A program made the translations under genes and the position numbers. Below are positions 33,039 to 46,898 of a stretch of DNA of 64,000 nt, piece after piece (position 1 is the first letter of the stretch; the number at the start of each line of letters is the position of its first letter). The notes under the pieces are model-generated. The model was not told the origin of the DNA. It did not search any database and saw nothing but the letters and a program-made list of their open reading frames with translations. This DNA is from Pecten maximus. Lineage: Eukaryota. The stretch is from positions 12,834,001-12,898,000 of the forward strand of contig NC_047022.1 in the NCBI RefSeq assembly GCF_902652985.1, in the 5' to 3' direction.

Positions 33039-35159
33039 CTGAAAAATAGAAATACAAATGTACAGTAATATATAATTCAGTCTTAATGAAATTGTCTAAA
33101 AAATAACTGTGATAGCTCGTTTTTAATTACTACAAAAATTAGGTTTGATGTAGTACCTGAAGCCTGGTATTTCTGGTAATCGGTCTCATTTATGGATGTT
33201 TCCTTTAGACATAGATCGGCTCCTGTTGCTAGCAGATGTTGTAACTTGGCCAAGGTGTCGCTGTTTGATTGGATGACACAACCTTCATGAAAAGAAAATA
33301 GTATGATCACAATGGCGTCCTTCTGATGTTTATTGTCACATCCATTTTTTTTCATAAAAAAAGCGTAAACGACAACTGACATCTTCAAACACGTAAAAAT
33401 AACTGCGCAATTTCTTCTACATCAACATATGATTAAAATGCATTAGTGTTTGTAAATTATATTGGATGAGTGAGAGGGTACTATCCAATTATCAACATCT
33501 TCACTGATGTTGAACTGATGTTGAAAAAAGCGAAGTTACATGTATTTCTCCATACATTGGTCCTGGGATTCGATCTATGTGAGTGCTTCAGTAGCACAAT
33601 ATTTTCTCTATAAAAATCAATATTGTGAATTGCAACAGCCTTGTCCGTTATGCAGTATTTAAACGGTTTTTGATAATAAACTTACCCATCATGTCAATGG
33701 GCTCTGTCAAACGACGTAATATTGGCGTGACGTTTGTGTCCTCTTTGTAGTACGTCTCCAACGGAGTGACGTCATGGCCATTATTGACCAAAGCCTCGTA
33801 AATTCTTTCGAACTCTGACCCAGGTATCTCATCGGGAGGAATGTAACGTCTGTGCTTTTGTCCAAGCAAACCCTTCAAAGAATATGATAAACCTGTACTA
33901 TTAATCTAAAAGTAAAAACTACGCAACATCTAAATATTCTGACAATTTTACAAAAAAAGACGCAATAATTCACATTGATCAATACTTTGTTATATCTTTT
34001 TTATCGGTGATTATTTTTTTTTAATATATCAGTTTTTCAAATAGTATGATTTATAAAACGATTAAAAATATGTTTCTTTGCAAGTTGATGATCATGTCAT
34101 TTGAAGATAACACATTTTGTTTCAAATTACGAGTTAATATAGATATATACAGTATATACCATTAAACACATTATATGGCAAAACTCTCAGATATATGTAG
34201 CATTTGTCAATTAGGTGAGATTACATACCAGAAAGACTGGTCCCATGGATAATTCACGGCATCGACGAATTTCACGGAGACACATCTGTTCAGTTGGCAT
34301 GGGAACAACGCCTTCTGTCTTAGCGCCCCACTTAAGGTCAACAGCCTATGTAGGATATAAACGTCATACTTAGAATATTAATATCTAATAGTGCAACATT
34401 GAAGACTATATTTCGATAGATTGGTCTATAATTCTATAAATTATATCAAACCGGAAATGATTTTACCTGAAAGTCAATGCCATGCTGGTCCCTACAATAT
34501 TCGCGCATGTCCGGATACACATGTAACATGAACGCCGTCCTCTCAGCCTCCGTATCTGTAACAATGATAAACATTTATCGTTTATGCAATATTTACTTTT
34601 CTCATTACCATCTTTACATAATTAATCATAGTAATACTTTGTCTTTAAGATCCATCTAATCATTAAATATCTAGTGTATTTTATACGAAGTACCTGATTG
34701 TGGTTATTTGTTTTGATGTGTTAAGTATATTTTTTTTTTTGAAAGGTAAAATGAATTTTTTTTTTAGGAAATCACAATTCAATTTTTGGTGTAAGAATTT
34801 AATTAAGAATATTGAATATCTATACGAATACCAGTAACCTCTTGTACAATTATATGTTTACGATGTTCGTACGGTAGTGGTACCAAACTCAGTAAATGAT
34901 TTTATTGTAAATATCTTTTCATTCTAAATATAATTACCATATCCGGCGGAACTGACGTAGAGTCTGACAATTTTCGGAGAGGGTTCGGGGACGTCTGCCA
35001 GGGGGAGACCACCCATCAATAACTTTTCCACCGTCGTCCTCTCCTCCCCTGCGAGATGTTTGTACCGGAGTGGTGCCTCTAATGTCGCCCGCTTCTGGTG
35101 CGTCTGGTCACTCTCAATGACGTCATCAAGATGACGGTACCGGAAGTGACATTCCGAAC
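28459..35159 (-). CDS. DUF4062-NACHT-WD40 STAND protein (NWD1/NWD2-like), at least 1773 aa
   Basis: Exons 35159-34938, 34555-34467, 34345-34229, 33872-33686, 33282-33157 and 33038-28459 join in frame with GT-AG. N-terminal IVRLYVSS..TEAERTAF..DLKWG (DUF4062-like), Walker A GGAGSGKS, Walker B IIILLDS, GLSENELFDILS, C-terminal WD40-like repeats. Start codon lies upstream. Confidence 0.92.
33157..33282 (-). CDS. NWD-like internal exon
   Basis: GCVIQSNSDTLAKLQ..YQAS; phase 1/1. Confidence 0.8.
33686..33872 (-). CDS. NWD-like internal exon
   Basis: GLLGQKHRRYIPPDEIPGSEFE..; GTAAGT donor. Confidence 0.88.
34229..34345 (-). CDS. NWD-like internal exon
   Basis: AVDLKWG..MCLREIRRCRELSMGPVFL. Confidence 0.88.
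34467..34555 (-). CDS. NWD-like internal exon
   Basis: DTEAERTAFMLHVYPDMREYCRDQHGIDFQ. Confidence 0.88.
34938..35159 (-). CDS. NWD-like internal exon
   Basis: TTACAG acceptor; ..LPLADVPEPSPKIVRLYVSSAGY; G|GTAATT donor. Confidence 0.82.
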
Positions 35160-35353
35160 CTGTAATAGTTTGCAAAAAGAAACTGTCATTGCTGTTAGTT
35201 TCTTTTTGGCTTGTTGCAAATTTCAATGTCGTTATCGTAAGTGTCAAACGCTATATCACAGGAAATAATGACACGTTACACGTCACACGTTCCAATGATT
35301 TAAGACGAAAATATATATATAACGGTACAAACAGTAATGTAATAATAGAACAC

Positions 35354-35367
35354 GTTGCCATGGTAAC
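35354..35367. promoter_or_regulatory. RFX X-box motif GTTGCCATGGTAAC
   Basis: Matches the 14-bp RFX consensus; 195 bp upstream of the NWD-like exon at 35159. Confidence 0.5.
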
Positions 35368-36139
35368 CCATTTGTGATTTACAATATATTAATTTTCTTT
35401 GTCAGAGTCAGACCAATGTTCGTTTACAAATAGTAACCTATTTTTTATATACAATTTCTATTGTACGGGGATAAAAATATTCTTGTGCCAAACCATAATT
35501 CATCCGTCAGTCAGGCCGTCCGTCTGTTCATTCGCTCGTTCTAATTCATTGATTTGGTCTCTGGACACAGTTACACTGGTTGGTGGTTACATTACAAGTA
35601 GAAGAACAGGTATATGTCTGTATACAGGATTGTCTCTGACAAGCTGTAAACAAAAGTGAAGTGTCATCATACTCCAACCGTCAGGGCTGAGGACCTCGTT
35701 TACGTTTAGTAGTGGTTACTTTAACTCCTTAACTTCCGTCGTATTGACCAAAGGTAAATATTTGATGGAGCCGAGTGTAGTTCAGATTATATACATGATG
35801 TGTTTAATGCAAACAGTGCTCTGTGGATTAGACTATGTGTTCAATGGTCCTTAGTAATCTTTTATGCATTAGCTTTGTGGACAGACTGAAATTCTTGTGT
35901 TTGGTAGAGAGGGGTAGACTGCAGGAAAGCATACATAGACTGCAGCCATAATAAGAACTACAAAAGAATGATACTTGATTCAAAGAATGAGCAGGGTAAA
36001 TCTGCGTGTACCACAGGAAGATTTTCTGTATTATTCATTAACCAACTACAATATTTACCAAGGAACCGAGACAATTCAATGATTACCTGAATTTCATTAG
36101 AAGATGATCTGTCATAAAAAATGAAATACAGTTCATCCC

Positions 36140-36725
36140 TGGTAAATTACCTTACCAACTCCTCATAAAAAGCTATTTTCGTTCAGCAGACTATAGGTAC
36201 ATGTATACCTATGGAAAACTGTGTCCGTTTGTTTGCTGACTCGTTTTCATACGAGGCTGATATTGAAAGGCTTATCAGAATAGGTAACAGAGACCTTGCA
36301 AAGTCCTTAAATATCAGCTATAGCTATAATATTGATGTGTTGTCTTTAAATAAAAGAAAAAAATATTGACCATGTTTATCAGGTATTTCCTGTGGAACAT
36401 TTAATCAAGAAGACATTACAGACACTTCAACATCAGCCGCTTATCTCGATCTTTTCTCACAACGTAACCAACAGGGATTAAGTTGTATAATACGTTGAGG
36501 ATATATTCCCCGATTGTTAATTTTCCAATTACTAAAAAGCAACAGTACGTGTGTCCCTACTTACGGTGTTTCTATAACTCAGTTGATTCGATATTCGCGG
36601 CATTGTTTCCATTATCATGATTTCCGTGACCTATTTCGAGAGATGTAGGTCGATTAAGACCATTTGGACATTTTCATGGTCGACATCATGACCTTATTTT
36701 GAAATATTTCCTAATACGATATAAC
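36140..36725 (+). mobile_element. Degenerate Penelope-like retroelement RT fragment
   Basis: Broken frames giving recognisable PLE RT motifs (IPM..NC..LFAD, IDVLSLN, TDTSTSAAYLDL, FPIVNFP, YGVSITQLIRYSR, F.GRHHDL). Confidence 0.75.
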
Positions 36726-39700
36726 GTCAAACGTGTCCGATGCTTGTTGATATGTCTATGACAACATGTTTAAATTAACTGGAGGAGGACATTTTAGTTG
36801 TGTAATTTTGCATGTGTTTTATGAAGTTTCAGTTGCTCTTTAAATACTTCTTACTCATATTTTTTTCTCTTTTTTTCGGCATAGCCGTTTAATATTCTTT
36901 TGGTCCCGGAAATGACGCAACATGTGACGTTACTGGTCAAGATGAAGTATGTGATTGGTCAATGAAGCGGTAAATGTAAAATGCAGATATGCAGTAAAAA
37001 ACGAAACAAAGTTAAGATTGAATGCAAGCTGGATGTATCCTTTCAAATGACACATTAATAAAATTATATTCCTGATTCAAATGCAATCTTATTATCACCA
37101 AAAAATGATTCAAACTGATATAAGTTTGGCATCCGTGCTGAAACGCATTTATTTCACCAGCAGTTTTACATTATAACCACCAGCATTAAAACTATGCCGT
37201 TTATCTTTTTTAAACATATTTCTTGTTTATTTTCTATTATTCAAAAAAACAACAACATAAAGCATATAATAATACATGTACATATTATCACCACTTTTTT
37301 ATTTATTTGTGATGTATTGATAACAAGGTATAAACTTTAGGACATTTAAATCGATATTATAAACTGCGTGTTAACAGTACAACACGTTGTTCAATAGGGC
37401 AAAACAAGTATTTCAATTTAACTCGTCATTGGTACTGAATAAAGGGGTATTGTTCTCAACAAGCTATCTGAATAACAGAACGCGGTTCATGGGGATTATA
37501 TAGGTCGGAGTTTAAGAACCCCTCATAGAATTTGACCTGACGGTAATACACATCCAGACAGTTCGTAAAATTAATCTCTGAAAGATATTTATACTGTGTT
37601 GATACTATGGATTTAACCTGAAGAAACGATAGATTTGGAAATGAAGATTTGTAGTTATAGATAGATTAGTAAATTTCATCATACCAATATATTTTTATTT
37701 TGCTAGGACTCATTGACTTGATCATTTATCAGTGATATTTTCAAATGGAATGAATTTATCAACATGACAATAGTAATGCCATTGCTCATTCAACTTGACA
37801 TTTTCCAGGGGGAATATACCTCCGCATTGTTTGTAGAATGTGTAATGCAGCGATGTATCTTGTCATTATAATGATCGCTATATAGACCGCAGGAAGGTTG
37901 TTTAAACAATTACTATCTTTTTCTTCATATTTTGATTTATGATTGCCTGACACGATATGATGTCTTAGAGAAAATATTGAATACATTTTAAGACGCTGAG
38001 CCAAAATTTATACAATTTCTAAATAAGTGTTGTTGTGTGTTTTTTGTTTTTTGTTTTTATCTTTTTGTCAGAGATTACCAAAAAGCGGCCAATGAAAGGC
38101 GACCATGGGCCTGGATCTGACCAATCAAATGTTACACATTAGAACCGACAAATGTTGTACTTAGTAGTAAGTATGCTAACCAAGGATAACCAAAAAACGA
38201 CCAATGATAGGTGATGATGACTGAGCAGTTTAATCATGCTAATCATAGACAATCAAAGAGCCAATCAATTGGCCACCAAATATGAAAGTGCTACAAAGGA
38301 AATTTAAGAAACTCAATTTGGTGTAATATACAAATATAGAATAGGTTTCAAGTATGTTTAAATCGTATTTCTTATGAGTTTACGAACGTACTACAAATAT
38401 ACGTTGATAATGTTAGAAAGTCCCTTTATTTTTACACGATAAGCATAAAATGCATAAGAAATTGAATTTCTTACCGATTGTTCATATGCATATTTGGATA
38501 TGGTTACCAATGATATATTGTTAAGCTATGGTATATATTTCAGTCACAATACACACAGCTGCTATTCTCTTATTAAACCGCTTAATTATATTAACGCTGA
38601 TTACCCGTGTATTTTCTAATGTTATTATAAAAGTCTTTAGCCTGAAGCGTTGCATTCATAACTTCTAAACACCTATAAAGCTGTGTAATCTACTTAATCC
38701 CACTTAATCCTGGATAATCGGGTTATCGCTAAAATGGATTATCGCTCTATAGATCCATGTAGACTTTGTCAAGCAATCAAGCGGTAAATTGTGTCTCATA
38801 GAGGTAGCAATTGATTATATTGATTTATTATCTAGTTCATATTTAATCAACCTTGAAAATGTCAAAAGCTGAATCGCCTTAGAATGTATACCACCTTGTA
38901 CACCAAACACCCTACAGACGCGTACACAGTGGATATTTATTACACAAGAAAACTGAATTTAATATCCACCATGTCAAAATATCTCTCTGCACAGTTAAGG
39001 TTAAGAGGTTATAGATATTTAGTATAAAAAGCGTGGGATATCAATAGTATGCTCAGATCTTCAACGGGTAATAATATAAATCATCAGACATATTAATTTA
39101 TCGTTTATCAGAAATCTAAACAACAGACATTATCACGACACTACATAACATTGATCCTACGTGAATATTCAAGGGGTAGGTATGCCATAAACACGTGTAG
39201 TACATAATTTGGCAAATTATTATCATAAAAAAAAATAGGCTTGTCCATCAGTTGATATCATAAACATATTTAATAATTGTTGTGCATTATATTTGAGTTA
39301 AATCATAAGAACAATAGTGCACAATGCAGTATGGTAATATTTTCAAACAATAGCCACACAAATAGTTAACTACTTACATTGTAAAAGATTGTGAATTAGC
39401 ACAATGGTATTTCTATATTTTTATCAAACTTTTGTTTAATATATTGTCATTTAAAATATATCTTGTTATCCTATACTTACCAAAACTGATTTAACTTACG
39501 ATTAAGTTGAACGTTTTATAACCTGATTTACCAATCTGACATAGTCATGCTATTAAGTTTGAAAATCACCAGAACATTTCTCGACAGGGTTCACTCAGAC
39601 AGTAAAATAAACAGATGTTGGAGTGTAAGTTATTCTGTTGAACAGGTTGAGTCTGCACCACGTACATGGTATTGAATGGCACATATACTATGTCGACCAA

Positions 39701-40169
39701 TCCTAGGCTATTTATGTTGTACCTAGTCAACTTGTCTTGGAAACATGTAATACATTACTTTTGATATACAACTCTGCGAAGGCGGACCGCGAGGCAGTTA
39801 TAGCGTATAGGACAGAGGTTTTTTTATTTTTTTTATTTATGTTAACTCAGTCAGGGTCATTTGGAAACTTGTGTCCAGAGGACACTGTAGGAGGAAAACA
39901 AAAGGCAAAGAAACAAATGATATTCTTTTCCGCTCCTGCACGAGTTGCATTTAAAGACTGTTCAGGCGTCGTTAAATGAATGGTTCCCTAATGGGTAAAT
40001 TATTTTATTAATGCCGTACTTATGACCCTGGCACTCTTTCGTTACAGCGTCTTGAAGTATTTTAAAGAAGGAAATAACTCTAGTAGCAGATCAAAATATA
40101 TAAGGAGGTACCATCTGTGACTAATCCAAGACGCATGCGGTGCTTGATGCGAGAAAAAAAAGAAGATCC

Positions 40170-40318
40170 AGTCGTGCCTATTGAACTGTCTGGCACTGTG
40201 AACGTACTGGATGGAAACGACAACTATCTCTCCAGAGGGGGATAGAGGCTAACCCCTCGTGCCACCAGAGCACATGCCTATGGCCGTGAAATGAGACGTT
40301 AAACCATCAACCAACTAA
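40170..40318 (+). mobile_element. Probable SINE 3' fragment
   Basis: Ends in GAGACGTTAAACCATCAACCAAC, similar to the SINE tails in this window; no head is visible. Confidence 0.35.
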
Positions 40319-43300
40319 TTAAAGAGTTTCAGGCTAAAACTGACATATGATCACTTCTTTAGTCGCCGTATCAAAGGGCATACAGATGTGATCAAACCAG
40401 TTCGTGCTGTCAACCTATCGTACGTGTCAGGGAAAAGACGATTTTGTAAAATGATCATTCAAAAAATTCTTAATTGCTAGGCCTACAATTGATCATTAAT
40501 AAATACATGCATATCCAGAATAAATAAAAGAACATGTCTCGCCTACAATGAATCATTGTTTAATCTTTCCGAAGGGGAAAAATAAACATGTCATTTTGAT
40601 CGGTATTATCTAAGTATATGTATGATGGTCCGATATCGATTTGGACTCCCTGGTGGGATAAACATATAAAACATGTATGTATACAAACTAATAAATCGTA
40701 TCTCTGTATCTGAGTGAGATACCTACCGCTGACTTATAAACCTTCCTGTTATCGATCTGTAATTAACGCTAGGTATACGTATCGACCCCAATATGTATCA
40801 GATAACGGGCTAAGGTAGGGTATGAGACATGGCGACCCTATTGTTAGTGTTCTGACAGACAGATCTAAAAGGAGATAAATCATTCCTAACAAGTAGTACG
40901 CCGATGATATACCATAAAACAACTACAAAGTAGACTACAAATGTTTAACGGGATTTTTGTGACGTCATAAAGAGATGACGTCACGCTATTGACTTGGTAG
41001 TGAAGTGATTGCCATTTTGTCAATCATTGTATAGTGAAAGCATTGTAATACATTTGCTAGCCCCTGCAGTTATAAACTAAATGGAATATGCCGCTCGTAT
41101 TCATGTTAAACCTATTTTTTCTTGTGAAAAACGTTTTATATCGTCCTGACGAACAGTCTAACATTTTTGTACTACCTAATGTTCTATAAGGTCTGCCTTG
41201 TGACTGTAACTTAACCTAATCAATATAGAAAATATCACGAAATCAACGTGCGCCTATCGATGGCAAAATTGCCTTGAATATGATAATAATAGTCCTCATT
41301 ATTTGATGACATAGTGCTCATATATTGATAAAATTCCTTCGCTTTGTTGACAAATTTTGGTCACTTCTCCTGGTAGTTTATCTAAATCGCTGCCTTTTTG
41401 AGGATTACTCTGATCAATAAATGTCTACTTTGATAAAGACACATATAACCGATAGCTTCCTGGGATTACAAACATTCTTAAACATCCATGAAATTTTGCC
41501 TGAATGAGATACTTTTTAAATACCACCTGTATTAGCTGACCTGTGGTATCAGACAAATCAAAGTATAGTCGATGACGTTAAGGCTTTATGGGATCAAATG
41601 TTGTACTAAGAGTCTTACTATTTGCACTTAAACATTAACATTCTTTGTGTGTGGGATGAACACAGGTATACTTCAAAGCTTGCTAAGATATAAAATGTAT
41701 ACAAATGTTGTGTGTTAAACCGAAAACGTGATTCTATCACAAATCAACACAACGAGGGCAAAATACGACAAGAATATAGAGTTGCATGGAGACCCTTGAA
41801 AAAGTAAAGACCTCGTCTTCCGGGGGAGTAAGCGTCCTCTGTTTATATACCGTATATATATCATGTCTACGTAGACTTAAACAGGTATCGGATCCATCAG
41901 TTAATACAATGATAAAAAGAGATTGATTATCTTAATATATAATATGTGAAATGTAACCCATACAATTATGATGTACACTTGATTGAGTTTATCAGGCTGA
42001 CAATGCTTTGAATTTCTACATGTCTATACAAGTTCCAAAATATTTCATGTAAATTTGTCAATTATTCCCAAGAGGTGCGCCGAAATTGTATTATAGTAAA
42101 GTAAATATACTGATTTATTGTACATATTGATTTGTTTTAAGATATCTCAAAATGCGGTAAAATATCTCTTATAATCCTGTATTGTGTTGGATGTTACATG
42201 TTATTATGTACCAAACACGTATTACACATCTTTGTCTATAAGCTTTCTCACATGAATTCATTTAATTATATATTTTTGCAACTCATACCTTTTGGGTGTA
42301 CATGCTATATTAGCTTCCCATAATACACATCCATACAAATCTTTACAATATTTACAAGTCAAATTAGGCCTCTGTACGAAATGTTCCCGACTCAAAGCAT
42401 GTTCTCTGATTTAGGTCATGTTGAAAATGGGGATTACATGTATATGAAGAAGGGATAGAGGTCATGGTATATTTGATCACATAAAGACATAAATGAACAA
42501 ACTGAACCGTGGAATCATAAAAGTCAAAACATCAAACAGTTGAATACAATACTCAGCGAATTTGCTTAAGGCAAACCAGTCGTTGAAAATTGAAATGATT
42601 TAAAACATTTCAACTCAGAAATTCGGACCATGTTTTGTTGGAAAGTGTTTAATGAAATCGTACATAAAGTTTTCCACGCTTTCCACATTCAAATTTGGAA
42701 TTAAACTACTAACCATTGTGAGAATACCCTTTTAATTTCTAGGTTTTATTTCACATCAAAGGGTTTTAGACTCTTTCATCCTTTGTTGTCAAACAACGCT
42801 TTAAAATAACGATGCTCCCATATACATTGAAGAATTATTGATAAACAAGCACATTAATATGTGTATTTACATGAGCTTGGTTTAAAAATATACTATTGAC
42901 ATACATGTCATCAGCTGTGAGGGAGAGATCAAGTTTGAATACTGAACAATGTAGAAAATCCTGACATTGAATATTGCATTACCCCATCAATAAGAACGAC
43001 TTTATCATATGCACATAATGCTTCTGTAATTCGTTTCGGCATTACCAATACGAACTATGAGGGTTTTTTTTATCTGATAGTTTGTATGATGGAAGACAAT
43101 GGTTAAGTGCTAGAACTGTTGTTTCATTGTCAATCTGTACAATTACTAGAATACTGAAAGGAAGAAGATCAAGAGTCCTTGATTTAATCCGTATTACAAC
43201 TGATGAATGGAAAGTCGCATAGATATGTGTGAGTTTGTTCATCTTTATATTTCGGACACCACCCCGTCCTGTTTAAGTTGTAGTGACACCAGGACCCCTG

Positions 43301-46222
43301 AAATATCATTGAGACGTTAGATATGGCTGCCTTTTTCAGATTTGTTGTACTGAGAATAAATTGAATTACATGACAATGAAACGTCCTGTTCTTACCTCAC
43401 TCTAACAAATATATTTACATATATAGTGGCTGTGGTATGTTATGATATATACAATGTGAATTGTTAAAGTTTACCAAACCAGGCTGTATTGTATTTGTAT
43501 ATAGATGAATAAAACTTTATTGACCTAAAACGTTTCACCTGATGTGAATGCTACTGTTATCGGTCCAGTACGAATCATGAAATCATTCCAATGTAACATC
43601 AATACTACTCCAAGGTTACACAGAATTAAACACTGAAATAGCAAACATATTGTAAATGAACTTTTATCTTGTGTAATAGTAAACATGGCTTAACCACTAA
43701 AACATAGTGTTACATATGGGATAACAAAGACAAGTGGAACAAATCAGCAAATCAATAATTCCCTTGTGGCAAATTCAGATCATGTATCTGAATAAGATGA
43801 AATATTGTCTGAAACATATTCTTCCATATGCTTTAGAACTTCAGACCCTGGAGATAGAAAATCTGTGTTAATTTATAGACGATTTCATGCTTGCTAGCTT
43901 ATATGTCTTATATGTGTGTCTAATATGTCTTATACGTGTCTTACACGTGTCTTAATGGTCATAAGTGCCCATCTGTTGTGACATATAGGATGGTAGCAGT
44001 AATCTAGTATAGGAGTTTCTCTGGACTAACTACGGTAATACTACAGAGGTACACTATCGCACTAGTACGGTAACTCATTGATATAACTCGGGTATTTACC
44101 CGTTAGTAAAACAATAATGATCTACATTTCATGAAATTACATATTGTATTTATCAAAGGGGTTTTATTTGGTCGGTTTTTATAGGCCTCCCTTCAGTAAT
44201 ACACATCCTTCACAGTCCCAGTCGATGTAGACTTTTTATATTGCTTTATAGCCTATCAACAGTTATTTAGAGGCCAACGTGGGCTTGGTGTGTGCGTATG
44301 TTATACTGTTGGAAACAATGCCGAACTCTCTATATTTAATTCCAAGCAAGTTTGCTGAACAGGGACTTGTATTGCTAACATACTATTCTAAAATCGATGA
44401 AAATGAAACAGTTCATATATATACATCACGAGCAGTAATGTTTGAATCATCATTTTTCTTAATATTACGCAACAGTTGAAAAGGAAAAGGAAACGAATGG
44501 GACAAATATCAAAATGGATTGTTCAAGGAATAAAAGTGCCTTCAAAGTCATGGGAATAAAATTGAAAAATTATGACAGATGGAGTTGTCTGAAAAAGGAC
44601 ATGAAGAACAGGAATCAGTCCTATTAATGCATTTTCATTGAACAGATAAATAAACTATAGTGTTGTTGTTTTTTAAATAATTGAACATATGTCATGGTAA
44701 TAAGCTGGACATCGGGATAATCAAGTAACTATATTTCTATGGTGGTATATTGTTTATTCAATATTCCAGCTTTGATAAACGATCTCATGTTTTCAAGGAG
44801 GCCCCTTACCAACCGTAAATACAACATACCGCCCACATAATAATCCGTTTAACAGATACATGGAACACTGCTCTACGTATACAGATAAACATATAGAAGG
44901 GGAATGTGTCAAACAATTTACTTACAACTTCCAAAAACGCCATTTACCACATCAGGCACGGACAACGTGTCTGTTTGCAGTTTATCAGGAAGCATCCCAA
45001 CACGTTTGTCTGCACAGGAAATATTTTTGTTATCCATATGTCGTTATCCTTTCTCGACTACGTAGATCTCGACAAACTGACAATAACCTTCAAACAATAT
45101 CCACTTCCCCTACTGCTTGATATGCATTATATCCATGATTCGAGGCTTTGTTTATACCATATTTGGCCACTGTATCTGTGCAGGCTATATACGAACTGCA
45201 GTTTAAATATGAAAACCACGATAAGGTATCCGCTCGGTGCCTATATACCTGTACAGTTCTTTAGACATTTTATCGATATCTTTTCGCCTTAAAGTCAATA
45301 GGGTAAACTAATTCACATACGTATGTAAACATTTTATCAGAACTACAGCAGACTTCTATTGATCAGCTGCGAAAACCATTCCACTGCACTGATAACATTT
45401 TATAATTGTGCAGCTTTTGTCAGCTTTATTTAAATGAACAGACTATTTCTAATTCAGAAACGTAAAGGTTTCGAATTTATTACATTACATGTTATCGGTA
45501 TTCGTCGTTGGAGCTGAGATAACGGAGAGAAATAAATGTCAACATGTTTGAAACTAGTAGTAGTTGATTTTGTATAAAGATTTTTGGTGTATTTCCTCAA
45601 CATATTTGGTCTTAATTTGCTTGACATGTGTCTTTAATGAAGCAAAAGACGCTTATCCTTCCGGAACATGTGCTTTTATTCTCCTTGCTCTAACCATTGG
45701 TTCAAATGTAAGCATGATTTGTTCGTGGTTTTAATACTTAAGTTGATATTACGATTTTGTTTACGGTTGAGAAAAAATAAGGAAAAGTTATATTCGACAC
45801 TAAACATTGAATGATATACTCTTCCTTCATATAGTTCTATCTTCATTAAAGTACAGATTTATAGTTACCGTGTTACGGTAATTTTCTCATTCAGCTCTGA
45901 ACACTACCTGAATTTATTAAGTAAACATAAGTTTAAGATCAATTATAATATGTAAATCCCACCACCATAGAACGGCGTCCGCGAGGAAAATTAAATCAAA
46001 ATGTATATAATACACTGTAGTTATTTGTATTCAAACGTCAAGTCTGGGAAACCGCAAATATGTATTCAATATCTGTCGGTGCTGTTTTCATAAGTGTTAA
46101 CATAAACCGTATGGAGTCCATTGCTCATGGTTTTTAAAAAGTATTTACAAGTTGGTTTCGGTATAATTTGTCATAATAACAAACGCATACATATGTGATC
46201 ATTATAATAAAAATGGATTTTC

Positions 46223-46898
46223 ACGACACTATGCAATACTCCGGAAGGGCGCTACAACGACACTATGCAATACTCCGGAAGGGCGCTACAACGACACTAT
46301 GCAATACTCCGGAAGGGCGCTACAATGACACTATGCAATACTCCGGAAGGGCGCTACAACGACACTATGCAATACTCCGGAAGGGCACTACAATGACACT
46401 ATGCAATACTCCGGAAGGGCGCTACAATGACACTATGCAATACTCCGGAAGGGCACTACAACGACACTATACAATACTCCGGAAGGACACTACAACGACA
46501 CTATGCAATACTCCGGAAGGATACTACAACGACACTATGCAATACTCCGGAAGGGCACTACAACGACACTATACAATACTCCGGAAGGACACTACAACGA
46601 CACTATGCAATACTCCGGAAGGGCACTACAACGACACTATACAATACTCCGGAAGGACACTACAACGACACTATGCAATACTCCGGAAGGTCGCAACATC
46701 GACAGTATGCAATACCCCGGAAGGTCGCACCAATTACACTATGCAATACTTCGGAAGGGCGCAACAATTACACTATAGATTACTCCGGAAGGGCGCTACA
46801 ACGACACTATGCAATACACCGGAAGGGCGCTACAACGACACTATACAATACTCCGGAAGGACACTACAACGACACTATGCAATACTCCGGAAGGGCAC
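46223..46898. repeat. 34-bp minisatellite (CGACACTATGCAATACTCCGGAAGGGCGCTACAA), about 20 copies
   Basis: Tandem units; explains ORFs 46195-47084. Confidence 0.96.
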
